A DNA stretch of 64,000 bases from IMG/VR virus record IMGVR_UViG_3300028275_000007; one strand, written 5' to 3'. The notes below the pieces were generated by a model. The model was not told where the DNA came from, searched no databases, and worked only from the letters and a program-made list of their open reading frames with translations. Both the position numbers and the translations under genes were made by a program. Source of the stretch: a virus (taxonomy: Duplodnaviria; Caudoviricetes). Shown in pieces: positions 19,163 to 29,144 of this stretch. The stretch's first letter is position 1, and each line of letters opens with the position of its first letter.

Positions 19163-19767
19163 GGTAAACTTTCTACGAATTGTTCAAGATTATCAAAAAT
19201 TAAAACTTTTGGTTTAATCTTTCTATATGTAAACTTGTTTAGTTCTTTTTCTGTTTCTTCACCGTAACCAGTTCTAACCAACACAGGTCTAGCTCCAATG
19301 TTTATTGCAGCCTTAAGGTCTTTCATTTTATCGCCAACGTAATAACCGCCTTTGAATTTCATATCTGGTACTTCTTTCTCACATCGTTTGAACATACCAG
19401 TGTTGGGTTTTGCAAACGGATCGTCTTTGCGACTAGAAGCAGAATAATACAATGCGTCAATACTGAAACAGCCTGCGGCACCTAACAGTTCAAACATATG
19501 AGTGTGTACTGTTTCAACATCTTCTTGAGTGTAGATGCCTTTTTCAATACCACCTTGGTCTGAGATGATTGCAATTTTATAACCTTTGCGTCTAAGAGTA
19601 GCAATAGCATCAATGCTTCCTGGGATAGGATCAAAGTCTTCTACCTTGTAGCAATAGGTACCTAGATCACGATTGATAACTCCGTCACGATCTAAGCCCA
19701 CTACACATTTTGTTCTAAACTCTCCGCCTGACCAAGAAATCTTAGGCTGGTTTGTCTGTTGTTCCAT
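19159..19767 (-). CDS. gmhB: D,D-heptose 1,7-bisphosphate phosphatase
   Basis: LDRDGVIN, SDQGGI, KPNTGM, VGDK..D. Confidence 0.88.
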   Translation of the reverse strand: MEQQTNQPKISWSGGEFRTKCVVGLDRDGVINRDLGTYCYKVEDFDPIPGSIDAIATLRRKGYKIAIISDQGGIEKGIYTQEDVETVHTHMFELLGAAGCFSIDALYYSASSRKDDPFAKPNTGMFKRCEKEVPDMKFKGGYYVGDKMKDLKAAINIGARPVLVRTGYGEETEKELNKFTYRKIKPKVLIFDNLEQFVESLP

Positions 19768-20128
19768 TCTGGCTGTCTCCGGGGATAATTCTATAGTTAT
19801 CCTCTACGCTGTCTGCTGTACTCACTTCAAAGATCATAGAGTTAGGTTGAAGAGCAATTAGTTGATGCGGCATCATTGGAGGATTATGCCAGGTTTCGCC
19901 TTCGTTAAGAATCTTTTCAACGTAGGTTGCCGTTTTTGTATCGCAGTAAACTAACCTAAACTTGCCTGCGTTAACAAACCAAGTTTCTTCTTTTTCTTTG
20001 TGAAAGTGCATACTAAACTTTGCACCTTCACGTTCGAATACCATAATCTTTCCGCAGTATTTGTCGTTGGTGGCCCAAATAATTTCGTAGCCCCAACCCT
20101 TGTCTACTTTACCTGTTAATCTTGTCAT
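19742..20128 (-). CDS. cupin (sugar-isomerase-like)
   Basis: [21 protein letters not shown]. Confidence 0.75.
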   Translation of the reverse strand: MTRLTGKVDKGWGYEIIWATNDKYCGKIMVFEREGAKFSMHFHKEKEETWFVNAGKFRLVYCDTKTATYVEKILNEGETWHNPPMMPHQLIALQPNSMIFEVSTADSVEDNYRIIPGDSQNGTTDKPA

Positions 20129-20715
20129 GGTCGCTTCTCAATAACTTTATCGATAAGTCCGTACTCTAGAGCTTCTTCTGCACTCATAAACTTATCACGA
20201 TCCATATCGCGTTCGAAGTCTTGGTAGGTCTTACCTTTGGTGTTGTGCTTAACATATAGTTCTGTTAAACGTTTCTTAATATGCATAATTTCTTTGTATG
20301 AAATCTCAATGTCAGATGCCATACCTCTCGCACCACCCGATGGTTGATGGATCATATGACGAGCATTTGGCAGCATAAAACGTTTGCCTGCTGCTCCTGC
20401 ATTGGCAAGGAACGAGCCCATTGAACAGGCCTGTCCCATTACATAGGTTGCTACATCGCATTTAATAAATTGCATAGTATCATAAATGCTTAGGCCTGCT
20501 GTGACTACACCGCCTGGACTATTAATAAACAAATTGATATCTTTATTTGGATCTTCTGATTCTAAAAACAATAACTGAGATACAATCAAATTAGCCATAT
20601 GGTCTTCTACAGGACCGTTTAGCATAATAATACGCTCGCGAAGCAAACGACTGTAAATGTCATAGGCTCGTTCGCCTTTGGATGTAGACTCAATAACTAC
20701 TGGTACCAAACTCAT
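20125..20715 (-). CDS. clpP: ATP-dependent Clp protease proteolytic subunit
   Basis: [49 protein letters not shown]; sigma70-type promoter upstream (about 20742-20770). Confidence 0.95.
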   Translation of the reverse strand: MSLVPVVIESTSKGERAYDIYSRLLRERIIMLNGPVEDHMANLIVSQLLFLESEDPNKDINLFINSPGGVVTAGLSIYDTMQFIKCDVATYVMGQACSMGSFLANAGAAGKRFMLPNARHMIHQPSGGARGMASDIEISYKEIMHIKKRLTELYVKHNTKGKTYQDFERDMDRDKFMSAEEALEYGLIDKVIEKRP

Positions 20716-20856
20716 TTTGTTCCTTTAAGGTTGTAAAATTAAAGTGTAACTGTTCTATTAATTATTGTCAAGACTCTTGTTCTGACCATAATCTGAGTAT
20801 ATAATAGCTCTATCGTTCAACTACAGTTAAATACTGTTTTGTAAGAAAATTCCGAA

Positions 20857-21375
20857 ATGAGTACCCTATTATTAAATGCAGATATGCAACCAATCAGCTT
20901 GCTTCCTCTATCCGTTGTGGATTGGCAGGAGGCTATTCGCTATATGGTTTTGGACAAGGCTGAAGTCCTTGAGTGGCACGACGAATGGATTGTTCATTCC
21001 GCTCGTTGGGAAACTCGTGTGCCTGCTGTATTATTGTTAAAAGAATATCAGAAGCCAAAGAACACAATGCGCCTATCAAAGCGTAATGTATTCTTACGTG
21101 ACCAATATACCTGCCAATACTGTGGCACAGAAGTAACAGATCAAACTGCTACTTTGGATCACGTGCATCCTGTTTCCAAAGGCGGTAAGACAACTTGGGA
21201 AAACTCTACCACAGCCTGCAAACCTTGTAACTACAAGAAAGCTGCTCACGTGGGCAAAATGAAGCCAAAGAACGCACCTTACAAACCTCACTTTTGGGAT
21301 TTGGTTGAAAAGCGTAAACTAAAAGGCTACCATTTGCATCACCCAAGTTGGGCAACCTATTTGGGTGTAGAGTGA
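20857..21375 (+). CDS. HNH endonuclease
   Basis: RDQYTCQYCG..TLDHVHP.SKGG..WEN..ACKPCN. Confidence 0.9.
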   Translation: MSTLLLNADMQPISLLPLSVVDWQEAIRYMVLDKAEVLEWHDEWIVHSARWETRVPAVLLLKEYQKPKNTMRLSKRNVFLRDQYTCQYCGTEVTDQTATLDHVHPVSKGGKTTWENSTTACKPCNYKKAAHVGKMKPKNAPYKPHFWDLVEKRKLKGYHLHHPSWATYLGVE

Positions 21376-21432
21376 TTGACATCCTTGCTTCTTGGTGCTA
21401 TAATATTAGCAACTTAGAAATTAGGAGCAAGG

Positions 21433-21786
21433 ATGCGCTACATTTTGGCATCGTGGGATCAAGAAGGTTTTGAATGTCTAGAAGATATCACTTCTAAGCA
21501 TCCAGATCACTTTGAAAAAGGGCAAATAATAGAAGCCCTTAAAGGTAACAAGCCGCAACGCAATCCTCTTGCACAACAAATTGAGCATATGAAACTTCGT
21601 GCTCGATTTAATTCGCAACGCTGTTATGAAATCTATGTGTTTACCACAAATGATGACATAGAGTTTAAAGATGTAGAGGATTGGATGATTGCCGATCCTC
21701 AAAGTCTAGTAGATTGGATTCGTGTTAATCACTATTCCAAAATCTATTCAGACTATCGCCCTAAACATAAACCCGCAATTGTATAA
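21433..21786 (+). CDS. hypothetical protein
   Basis: sigma70 promoter (21376/21399) and AGGAG RBS. Confidence 0.7.
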   Translation: MRYILASWDQEGFECLEDITSKHPDHFEKGQIIEALKGNKPQRNPLAQQIEHMKLRARFNSQRCYEIYVFTTNDDIEFKDVEDWMIADPQSLVDWIRVNHYSKIYSDYRPKHKPAIV

Positions 21787-21794
21787 GGACTAAA

Positions 21795-23117
21795 ATGCGT
21801 ACACAACCACAAGCAATTATTCAACGACTTGAAGCAGACAATAGTCGTCTTGCCAAAGAAGCTATCCTTGCAGAAGCAATGACGGAAGGCCTAGACGAGT
21901 TCTTCGAAGGCGTTCGTATGGCATTGGACAATCTTTATACTTTTGGTGTAAAGCAAGTTCCTACATCCGACAAGGACGGACAAGGACTAAGCTGGGATAA
22001 CTTCAAACAACTGGCAGAAAGCCTTTACCGTCGTGAGCTTACTGGTCACGCTGCTCGTGATGCTATTCAATTGGCTATGGATGTGGCTACTAAAGAACAA
22101 TGGAACGACTTTTATCGTCGTATCCTTATCAAAGACCTACGCTGTGGTGTAAGTGAAAAGACAGTGAACTCCGTGGCCAAAAAGTCTAAGAAAGATCAAT
22201 ATCGAGTTCCTGTGTTTGAATGCCAATTGAGTCACGATTCGGCCAATCACGAAGGCAAGCTCACAGGTACTAAAATTGTAGAACGTAAGTTGGATGGTGT
22301 TCGCTGTCTAACTGTCGTAGACTATGAAAACAAAACTGTGGTGCAGTATACTCGCAACGGCAAAGAGTTGGCTAACTTTAGTCACATCACAGACTATTTG
22401 AGCAACTTCATTGAAGAATTTGGACGCTCCTATGTCATTGACGGTGAAATTATGAGCAACAGCTTCCAAGACCTTATGAAGCAGGTACATCGCAAAGACA
22501 ATGTCTCAGCATCAGATGCTGTTCTCAATGTGTTTGATATTGTGCCCTTGTTTGAGTTTAAACAGGGTAAGAGCACAATGAAACAAAAGAGTCGTTCACA
22601 GTTCCTCAAGGGCTTTGAAAACATCTTTACAGATTCGGGCTTTATCCAAATTGTGCCACAGAAGACTTTTAATCTTGATTCAATGGTTGAAGAAATTGAA
22701 TTCAAAGACTATATGAAAGAAATGGTTGCAGCAGGCTACGAAGGTGTAATGATCAAAGATCCAAATGCTGTCTACGAATGTAAGCGTTCCACTGCCTGGC
22801 TCAAAATGAAACCCTTTATTGAAGTAAGTTTGAGTGTTACCAGCGTCGAAGAAGGTACAGGACGTAATGTGGGTAAGTTGGGTGCTATTGTATGTGAAGG
22901 AACTGATGATGGTAAAAGGATTGTGGTCAACTGCGGTTCAGGTTTTACAGATGAACAAAGAGCAGAATTTTGGGAAGCTAAGGATTCGCTCATTGGGCAG
23001 GTCGTGGAAGTCCGTGCAGATGCAGCGACTCGGAGCCAGGATAGTGAGGACATTTGGTCGCTACGGTTTCCGCGCTTCCTACGATTCCGAGGCTTTACAA
23101 AAGGTGAGAAAATCTAA
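21795..23117 (+). CDS. ATP-dependent DNA ligase
   Basis: KLDGVR, DGEI, FDI, EGVMIK, WLKMK, C-terminal OB fold CGSGFTD..LRFPRF. Confidence 0.95.
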   Translation: MRTQPQAIIQRLEADNSRLAKEAILAEAMTEGLDEFFEGVRMALDNLYTFGVKQVPTSDKDGQGLSWDNFKQLAESLYRRELTGHAARDAIQLAMDVATKEQWNDFYRRILIKDLRCGVSEKTVNSVAKKSKKDQYRVPVFECQLSHDSANHEGKLTGTKIVERKLDGVRCLTVVDYENKTVVQYTRNGKELANFSHITDYLSNFIEEFGRSYVIDGEIMSNSFQDLMKQVHRKDNVSASDAVLNVFDIVPLFEFKQGKSTMKQKSRSQFLKGFENIFTDSGFIQIVPQKTFNLDSMVEEIEFKDYMKEMVAAGYEGVMIKDPNAVYECKRSTAWLKMKPFIEVSLSVTSVEEGTGRNVGKLGAIVCEGTDDGKRIVVNCGSGFTDEQRAEFWEAKDSLIGQVVEVRADAATRSQDSEDIWSLRFPRFLRFRGFTKGEKI

Positions 23118-23118
23118 T

Positions 23119-23358
23119 ATGAAAAAAGGTGCTATCAAAGATCTATGCTATGGCGGTATGCTAGAACTACTGAACAACCGCAACTACTACTATAAGAGTT
23201 CTGTGGGCAAAGACTATAGTCACCTTACTGATGATGGTAAACAGGCTGTGGTAGAGTTTATGGATATGATTGCCTGGAAGATGATCGAAGCAGAAGACAC
23301 TGATCTAGATCGTAGAGCCAAAGAACAGGTCCTAGAACAACTTAAAAAGAAAGACTGA
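23119..23358 (+). CDS. hypothetical protein
   Basis: Start reassigned to 23119 (MKKGAIKD), operon-coupled. Confidence 0.6.
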   Translation: MKKGAIKDLCYGGMLELLNNRNYYYKSSVGKDYSHLTDDGKQAVVEFMDMIAWKMIEAEDTDLDRRAKEQVLEQLKKKD

Positions 23359-23359
23359 T

Positions 23360-23626
23360 ATGAAAGAATTCTTTGGATGGATACGTTGGGTTTGGAACAA
23401 GCAGGAGACCTGGCAAAAGACCTTTCTTGTGGCCTTTTTCTTCCTGGGGGCTGGTATCAATGCCAGCGCCGAAGCTCAGAAGTATCTTTGGAGCATCAGC
23501 TCGATTATAATTGCATTTTGGCTGACCAAATGGTGCCTATGGGACGCATTTTGGGCATCGTGGGCTAAGTATAGAGAACATCGCAACGAACTATTAACAA
23601 CTATCAAGACATCGGACAAGGAGTGA
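23360..23626 (+). CDS. two-TM membrane protein
   Basis: Hydrophobic W-rich segments. Confidence 0.6.
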   Translation: MKEFFGWIRWVWNKQETWQKTFLVAFFFLGAGINASAEAQKYLWSISSIIIAFWLTKWCLWDAFWASWAKYREHRNELLTTIKTSDKE

Positions 23627-23898
23627 TTATGATTGAAAACGAATTTGAATATAACAACGAAGAAGAAGCAGAAGTTGCACAGATCAACTCTCTGATTATG
23701 AATATGAACGCTGTGGGTGCTCTACAGCGAGAACTGGCCAAACAGCGCAGCCAACCTTCAGCTGAGTTCTGCGAAGAATGTGGGGAAGATATTCCTGAAG
23801 CACGTAGGCAAGCGATTCCGGGTGTGCAGTTCTGTATTCACTGCCAGACTAAAATGGAACGCTTCAAAGCCAACTATCGACAGCCTGGTGCGAACTAA
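23623..23898 (+). CDS. TraR/DksA-family C4 zinc-finger protein
   Basis: CEECGEDIPEARRQAIPGVQFCIHCQ. Confidence 0.88.
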   Translation: MIMIENEFEYNNEEEAEVAQINSLIMNMNAVGALQRELAKQRSQPSAEFCEECGEDIPEARRQAIPGVQFCIHCQTKMERFKANYRQPGAN

Positions 23899-24427
23899 GG
23901 GTAATCACGTTACCCCATAGGTCCTCACAGCTTTGATCAAACAGCCATTCTGGGCCTAGATTCTGAGCCACTAGCCAGCTGTGTTTCTGACTCCAAGGCC
24001 CCTGCCCATTCATTTCTAATTCCAGCTGACCCGGGGCCCAGCTGGCAAAACCCATAATCATTCTAAAGTGTCTAGGGAAGTCACCGTCGGCCAAGTGATG
24101 AAACATTGCTTCATTGCTGGTCATAGCCCAGGCCGAAGTTATCATAACAGATCCCGAAATCACCCACTCTGCTGAATGCAGCATCCATAGGCTCTGAGGG
24201 CTCATAGGGCCACCCCAGTGTAGGGGTAAATTGGGTAGGCCCCCAACGTCTAGGTCTATGCCGTCTGCTATGTCGTTGAGAGTTTGGTCTAGGGGTCTAT
24301 TAACACAGAGCGCAAATGAGCCCTGGGGGTTAGTATGTGTGACCATTAATACTGAGTTCCGGAATCTGGTGTCCGGCATTGTTGGGGGTGCTATGAGTAG
24401 GTCAGTTGGACGTACCCTGGTAGACAT
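23864..24427 (-). CDS. algH: YqgE/AlgH (DUF179) family protein
   Basis: LLIAPPTMPDTRFRNSV, NRP, WGGP, GFASWAPGQLELE. Confidence 0.88.
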   Translation of the reverse strand: MSTRVRPTDLLIAPPTMPDTRFRNSVLMVTHTNPQGSFALCVNRPLDQTLNDIADGIDLDVGGLPNLPLHWGGPMSPQSLWMLHSAEWVISGSVMITSAWAMTSNEAMFHHLADGDFPRHFRMIMGFASWAPGQLELEMNGQGPWSQKHSWLVAQNLGPEWLFDQSCEDLWGNVITLSSHQAVDSWL

Positions 24428-24428
24428 A

Positions 24429-24917
24429 TCAACTCCAGTCTGGGAGCGGACCCCCGTACTTTTTACCCAAGATCTTCTTGCCGCGGACCTTGACACGCTC
24501 TGAGCCAATCTTGTGGCTCTTGCCCCCTTCGCGACTGCGATAGCCCTGTGACTTACAGCTGGCTAGGTTTGATGCACCCAGGGCTGAGTCTGGCTTACCT
24601 GATGTGCAGAGTGCTCTGGACGCGGGTTCTTCCGCGACGGCTTCATCATCACTCTGGACGCCATACATGATCTCATCGTTTAGAGGAAAGTCCAATTCCA
24701 TAAAACGCTCGGGTAGTTCTGAAGTATCGATGATGTAGTCTAGCTCATCATCTGTAGGGTGTTCTTTCATTAGGACCTTGGCAGCTTCATCGTGACCCTT
24801 GGCATTGTTCCAAATGTTGATGCCATAGTGGTTGTCATAGAGTGCGGCCACAGCGTCCATGACCTTGTGATAGTCACAGGTAAAGATATTTTCTTTAAGT
24901 ATTTCGTTGATTCTCAT
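24429..24917 (-). CDS. late protein with capsid-targeting-like leader
   Basis: MRINEILKE|N; basic C-terminal module. Confidence 0.65.
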   Translation of the reverse strand: MRINEILKENIFTCDYHKVMDAVAALYDNHYGINIWNNAKGHDEAAKVLMKEHPTDDELDYIIDTSELPERFMELDFPLNDEIMYGVQSDDEAVAEEPASRALCTSGKPDSALGASNLASCKSQGYRSREGGKSHKIGSERVKVRGKKILGKKYGGPLPDWS

Positions 24918-25147
24918 GCTAATTTAGCCCCTAACATCACAGCAGCCACTAGGTAGTTTTTTACTTCTAGATTGTCTGCTTCCTTGTGGAACTCATCTGC
25001 TGTGATTAGGTCACGCAGAAGTTCCTGATATTCTGATTCTTTGAGCTCGCCCGACTCGTACATTTGGGTAATCTCTAGAGCGTATTTTGCACGTTCACTA
25101 GCCCAACTAGGTGCGTTTTCTATCACGTACTGTAACTGTTCTTTCAT
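24914..25147 (-). CDS. hypothetical protein
   Basis: Coupled ORF MKEQLQY... Confidence 0.6.
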   Translation of the reverse strand: MKEQLQYVIENAPSWASERAKYALEITQMYESGELKESEYQELLRDLITADEFHKEADNLEVKNYLVAAVMLGAKLA

Positions 25148-25524
25148 TACCATCTCCCTAGTACGACTTCAGCAGCTCGTTGTGCTTCCTGAGTCAATAG
25201 CTTCTTTTTAACTGTGCAGTAGCCCCGAGTGCCCTCGCCACGTTCTACCCACTCATCTACCTGTGTTTTAATGGGCCGGACCACACGTAGAACATCTGCT
25301 TGTAGACGACCCTTAGACTGTGAATATAGTTCAAATCTGCGTAGATCCTCTTGTACTCGTAGGACCTGTGCTCGCTGTGGTTCTTCACAGTTGATCTGCT
25401 CGATCTTCAATCTAGCCTCAACTATATAGTGACTTTGATTTGCATCCCAAAATGAAGGAATCCACTGAGTGACAGTGGCACAACCAGATAACCAAAACAC
25501 CGCAGAGAGAATAATTAGGCGCAT
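25147..25524 (-). CDS. lipoprotein
   Basis: MRLIILSAVFWLSG|C lipobox. Confidence 0.7.
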   Translation of the reverse strand: MRLIILSAVFWLSGCATVTQWIPSFWDANQSHYIVEARLKIEQINCEEPQRAQVLRVQEDLRRFELYSQSKGRLQADVLRVVRPIKTQVDEWVERGEGTRGYCTVKKKLLTQEAQRAAEVVLGRW

Positions 25525-25531
25525 ATGATAT

Positions 25532-25759
25532 TTACCTAGGAAACTCAGATCGCAAGACCGCAGAGCCAAATCTACGTTCAAACTCTAGACTGCGATCTCG
25601 CTCCGAAGGTATCGTCCTCCAGGGCTCAATGTCAATGACCACACTGGCACCGTCCGAAGCTCGTATCAGTGTAGATCTATTAGCGAGATCTGCGACCCAA
25701 AGTTCTATGTCAGGAATCACTGATTCATCGATGATTTTAAAATAACGTAGTTCATTCAT
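25532..25759 (-). CDS. hypothetical protein
   Basis: TAAATA upstream (25767-25772). Confidence 0.5.
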   Translation of the reverse strand: MNELRYFKIIDESVIPDIELWVADLANRSTLIRASDGASVVIDIEPWRTIPSERDRSLEFERRFGSAVLRSEFPR

Positions 25760-25840
25760 AGTCTAATATTTACCCAAACGAGCTTGGGATAATTCACTGG
25801 CTGCGAAGCAGCAGCGCAGCAAAAATCCGGCAGCGATTTT

Positions 25841-26047
25841 TTATACATAGTCTTCGTTTCTCCTACGCTCTAATAAAGGCCACGCACAGATCAAGAATAG
25901 TTCCGCAGAGGGCGAGACCCAAAAGTCTATGGAGTCTGCTCTAATACTAATATGGCCGCCCGAACGCTGTACATATGCCCAAACAATCTCCGAATCATAG
26001 TCAACGTCAGAGCGTAATCTATAACAAAATAATCTAGTATCTCGCAT
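25841..26047 (-). CDS. hypothetical protein
   Basis: Divergent from 26067 with AAGG RBS. Confidence 0.5.
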   Translation of the reverse strand: MRDTRLFCYRLRSDVDYDSEIVWAYVQRSGGHISIRADSIDFWVSPSAELFLICAWPLLERRRNEDYV

Positions 26048-26066
26048 ACCTTGGTTAAATATCCCT

Positions 26067-26324
26067 ATGCAGACAACGGTCTATTACTTAGTGCATAAAG
26101 ATACTCTGAGACGCCTAAAATGGTACAGAACTCTTGCTGGTGCTCGTATAGCACAGAGATCGCGTAATCATAGACTGGGTTTCATAACTCGTATTGAACG
26201 TGTATATATGTTTGATAACTGGGAAGTAGAGTTGTGTCGTAACATAGACGGAGACATACTAGAAGCAACTTACTGCATAGTAGAAGATACTATAGAGAGT
26301 GAGGAGTTATTTACAAATGGATAA
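26067..26324 (+). CDS. hypothetical protein
   Basis: TAAATA 26056-26061 upstream. Confidence 0.5.
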   Translation: MQTTVYYLVHKDTLRRLKWYRTLAGARIAQRSRNHRLGFITRIERVYMFDNWEVELCRNIDGDILEATYCIVEDTIESEELFTNG

Positions 26325-26398
26325 TCGAACACAAGCACTGGTAGTGAGCATAGCGGTAGTATGTGTATACTATGTTTACTATATACTAAGTCATTAAA

Positions 26399-27197
26399 GG
26401 CCCCGCTGCGCTATAGTGACATATACGTATACGCATAATAAGTCTAGCGTGAGCACGCTCAATGTGCGTATATACGCTGGAAAAAGCTCAGTAAGTGTGA
26501 TTTACTGACCCCCAAGATGCGTATAGAGGTCTAGCGACCTGGTGGGGATTGGAAAAGGGTGCAGAAAAGTAGTAGAAAGTGTGATAAAGTGTGAAATTGT
26601 GTGACCATTTGAGCATAGCCTCTCATACCACCGTTCTAGACTTTTAGTCTACTATAAAATTTACAGTAGATCTCCCTAGTTCGAACCGTTTGACCGTTTT
26701 CTAGACACGAATTCACTCTAGAACTAGCGTTCTAGACTGTTCTAACGACCTATATACAGTGGCCCCGCTGCGAGTGATTCTAGATATATACTGTATACTC
26801 AGGAGCGATCTGATGTTAACCTATATATGCTGTGCAACTCTGCCCTTGGTCCTCATACTCATATACGAATCTATATACAGTAAGAGTTGGCTAGAGCGCC
26901 GTCATGCTCGTATAGTGCTTGCCTGTGGTCTAGCCATTATCCTGAGTCTCTGCTTATAGTGGCCCCGCTGCGTAGGTAACATAATGAAAGACTCAAAAGA
27001 CATAGCTGAATGGGTTCTGCGTGAGATCGCGGGAGTTAATCCCTATACTAGTCAAGACAAGACTCTGGCATTCATTTGGGCCACGGGCTTTCTGGCACGC
27101 TGCGTAGCTGAGATGATCTGGCGGGACAATCACAACTATAAGATCTTTGCAGCAATTCGTGAACGTGCAGCACGGAAACTGGGGAAGGCCCCGCTGC
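26399..27197 (+). repeat. dispersed GGCCCCGCTGC repeat plus phased and palindromic repeats (origin-like region)
   Basis: GGCCCCGCTGC at 26399, 26761, 26961, 27187 (fifth copy 35725); 10-bp phased AAAGTGTGA-type repeat x3 at 26576-26605; TCTAGA x5 at 26635-26784. Confidence 0.75.
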
Positions 27198-27211
27198 AGA
27201 ATACTGACTAA
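26984..27211 (+). CDS. hypothetical protein
   Basis: 75-aa ORF with AGGT RBS. Confidence 0.5.
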   Translation: MKDSKDIAEWVLREIAGVNPYTSQDKTLAFIWATGFLARCVAEMIWRDNHNYKIFAAIRERAARKLGKAPLQNTD

Positions 27212-27299
27212 TTTGCCAAAAAGAGTTGACAAGTTGGGGTTCTGCTCGTATAATATACATATGCTTAAGAAACGAGCACTAACTAGGAGCAGAGAATCA

Positions 27300-27563
27300 A
27301 TGACACTTCCAGATGAGCGGTATCGTAGTGTTAAGACCGCAGCAGAGTTTCTTCAACGTCTAGCGGGTGGGCATTATGCCCGTGTGCCCAAGGCAGTTCG
27401 TGAGGAAGCTCGCAGCATCTTACGACACTATCCTTCATCGTGGGATCTAGATCAAATTGAACGAGCAGCGCCTCACGTTATGCAGCAGCGTATGGAACCC
27501 CTGCACAGGATGGTTGCTGCGTACAATCCAGAAGTAACACAACCTTTAGAGAATCGAGATTAA
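27300..27563 (+). CDS. BPSL0761-like small protein
   Basis: MTLPDERYRSV..AEFL..L..RVPKAVREEARSILRHYP. Confidence 0.6.
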   Translation: MTLPDERYRSVKTAAEFLQRLAGGHYARVPKAVREEARSILRHYPSSWDLDQIERAAPHVMQQRMEPLHRMVAAYNPEVTQPLENRD

Positions 27564-27579
27564 CTACTAGTAAGACGTC

Positions 27580-27664
27580 GCGACTGTGGTGAAATAGGTA
27601 GACACAAGGGACTTAAAATCCCTCGCAGCAATGCATACCAGTTCGATTCTGGTCAGTCGCACCA
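27580..27664 (+). tRNA. tRNA-Leu(UAA)
   Basis: GCGACTG/CAGTCGC acceptor, anticodon loop CTTAAAA, long variable arm, GTTCGAT T-loop, encoded CCA. Confidence 0.95.
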
Positions 27665-27671
27665 TTTAAAT

Positions 27672-27748
27672 CACGCATTAGCTCAGTTGGATAGAGCAAC
27701 AGCCTTCTAAGCTGTGGGTCAGGGGTTCGAATCCCTTATGCGTGGCCA
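27672..27748 (+). tRNA. tRNA-Arg(UCU)
   Basis: CACGCAT/ATGCGTG acceptor, ACAGC-CTTCTAA-GCTGT, GGTTCGAATC, CCA. Confidence 0.95.
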
Positions 27749-27752
27749 GTTA

Positions 27753-27830
<78 letters not shown>

Positions 27831-27877
27831 AGCTGCGAGCCATCTAGTCACTGGCGCAGAGTGCAGCAGCACGGGAG

Positions 27878-27912
27878 AAACCCTATAGCCTAGTAAACTA
27901 TAGGGTTTTTTC
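27878..27912 (+). terminator. terminator of the tRNA operon
   Basis: AAACCCTATAG/CTATAGGGTTT stem plus T-run. Confidence 0.8.
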
Positions 27913-28177
27913 TTGTCCAAAATGCTGTTTGCTTGTATAATATGCATTTAAACAAGGACAGCAATGACAGAACTACAGCACGTCTTCTACGCTGCTTTAG
28001 CACGTATACAGCACTACACGGATCTCGACGACGAAGCTCAGCAAGACGCAATTGCTGCACTCGCGCAGCTAATCGAGGATCACGTCAAATAACCCTAGGC
28101 CCTCTAGGGTCTTTAACAAATTGGTTGACATTTTGGCAGTTCGATCGTACAATATACATATGTTGAAGGAGCGAGCA

Positions 28178-28510
28178 ATGACCACTGTACAACGAAAGAA
28201 GCGTGTAGATCGCAATCACATCATCTACGAACTGCGTGTTAATGGTCAAAACTACATTGGCGTCACTGCCAAGACAGAGTCAACTATTAATAAGTCAGTG
28301 TTGGCACGTGCCGCGAAACACTTCTATCGTGCCAAAACAGAGTCGAAGAACTGGCTCTTGTGTCAAGAACTGCGCAAGCTCGCGAACAAGAACGAGATTG
28401 AAGTACTTGTACATGAGGTCATCCGCGGCAAAGCGGCTGCACACCGTAGGGAAGTAGAAATCCGTAGAGCTGTTAACCCTACACTGAACACGGACATTCG
28501 AGGTGATTGA
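28178..28510 (+). CDS. GIY-YIG-like nuclease domain protein
   Basis: IIYELRV..QNYIGVT..R..H..E. Confidence 0.55.
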   Translation: MTTVQRKKRVDRNHIIYELRVNGQNYIGVTAKTESTINKSVLARAAKHFYRAKTESKNWLLCQELRKLANKNEIEVLVHEVIRGKAAAHRREVEIRRAVNPTLNTDIRGD

Positions 28511-28561
28511 CACCTTGGGTGTTCGGCAGTATAATACAGGTATTGTAACGTTAAGGAGCGA

Positions 28562-28741
28562 ATGATGACTAACCCGATTCCACATAGCAATATTTGGCAC
28601 ACTCCCGCAGATCTCAACGAGCTGCACGATATAATCAATCAGTTCACAGGCCAGGATGCTGCGCTGGCTGCACACGTGATGATGCTGACCCTGAACACCT
28701 GCCACAAATTGGTTGCTGATTCTATCAAGGAGACTGCATGA
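28562..28741 (+). CDS. early small protein (not in ORF track)
   Basis: Own promoter plus AAGGAGCGAATG. Confidence 0.6.
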   Translation: MMTNPIPHSNIWHTPADLNELHDIINQFTGQDAALAAHVMMLTLNTCHKLVADSIKETA

Positions 28742-29106
28742 TGCGTTACTGGGACGAACTGCTGCGCGAACAGCACAATGGGGTCACTGTGATCGTGGAC
28801 AAGACCTGGGAAGATTGCACTATCCGCGATCTCTTTGATGATACCTGCTGTGATGTAGAGGACTTAGAGCGCAAGGTTAACCGGGGCGATTTGGATTGGT
28901 TTATGCTCAGGGCTCGTGTCATGTTCAATGACATGGAACTGGGATCGTCGATCTGCGGTGGCTACCTCTACGAAGATGCTCGCGAGGTTCTCAGGGACGG
29001 TTGTGCTGCTGATCTGATCTGGCAAGCAGAGGAAGAAGCTAAGAAACGATTACCCGAGCTAATTGAAGGGTTATTGCGTGTAGAGGTTGACAAATTGGCT
29101 GCGTGA
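28738..29106 (+). CDS. early hypothetical protein
   Basis: AAGGAG RBS, ATGA overlap; ends VDKLAA over the next promoter. Confidence 0.65.
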   Translation: MMRYWDELLREQHNGVTVIVDKTWEDCTIRDLFDDTCCDVEDLERKVNRGDLDWFMLRARVMFNDMELGSSICGGYLYEDAREVLRDGCAADLIWQAEEEAKKRLPELIEGLLRVEVDKLAA

Positions 29107-29144
29107 GCATACAATAGAGACTTAGTAACACAAAGGAGCGCGAA

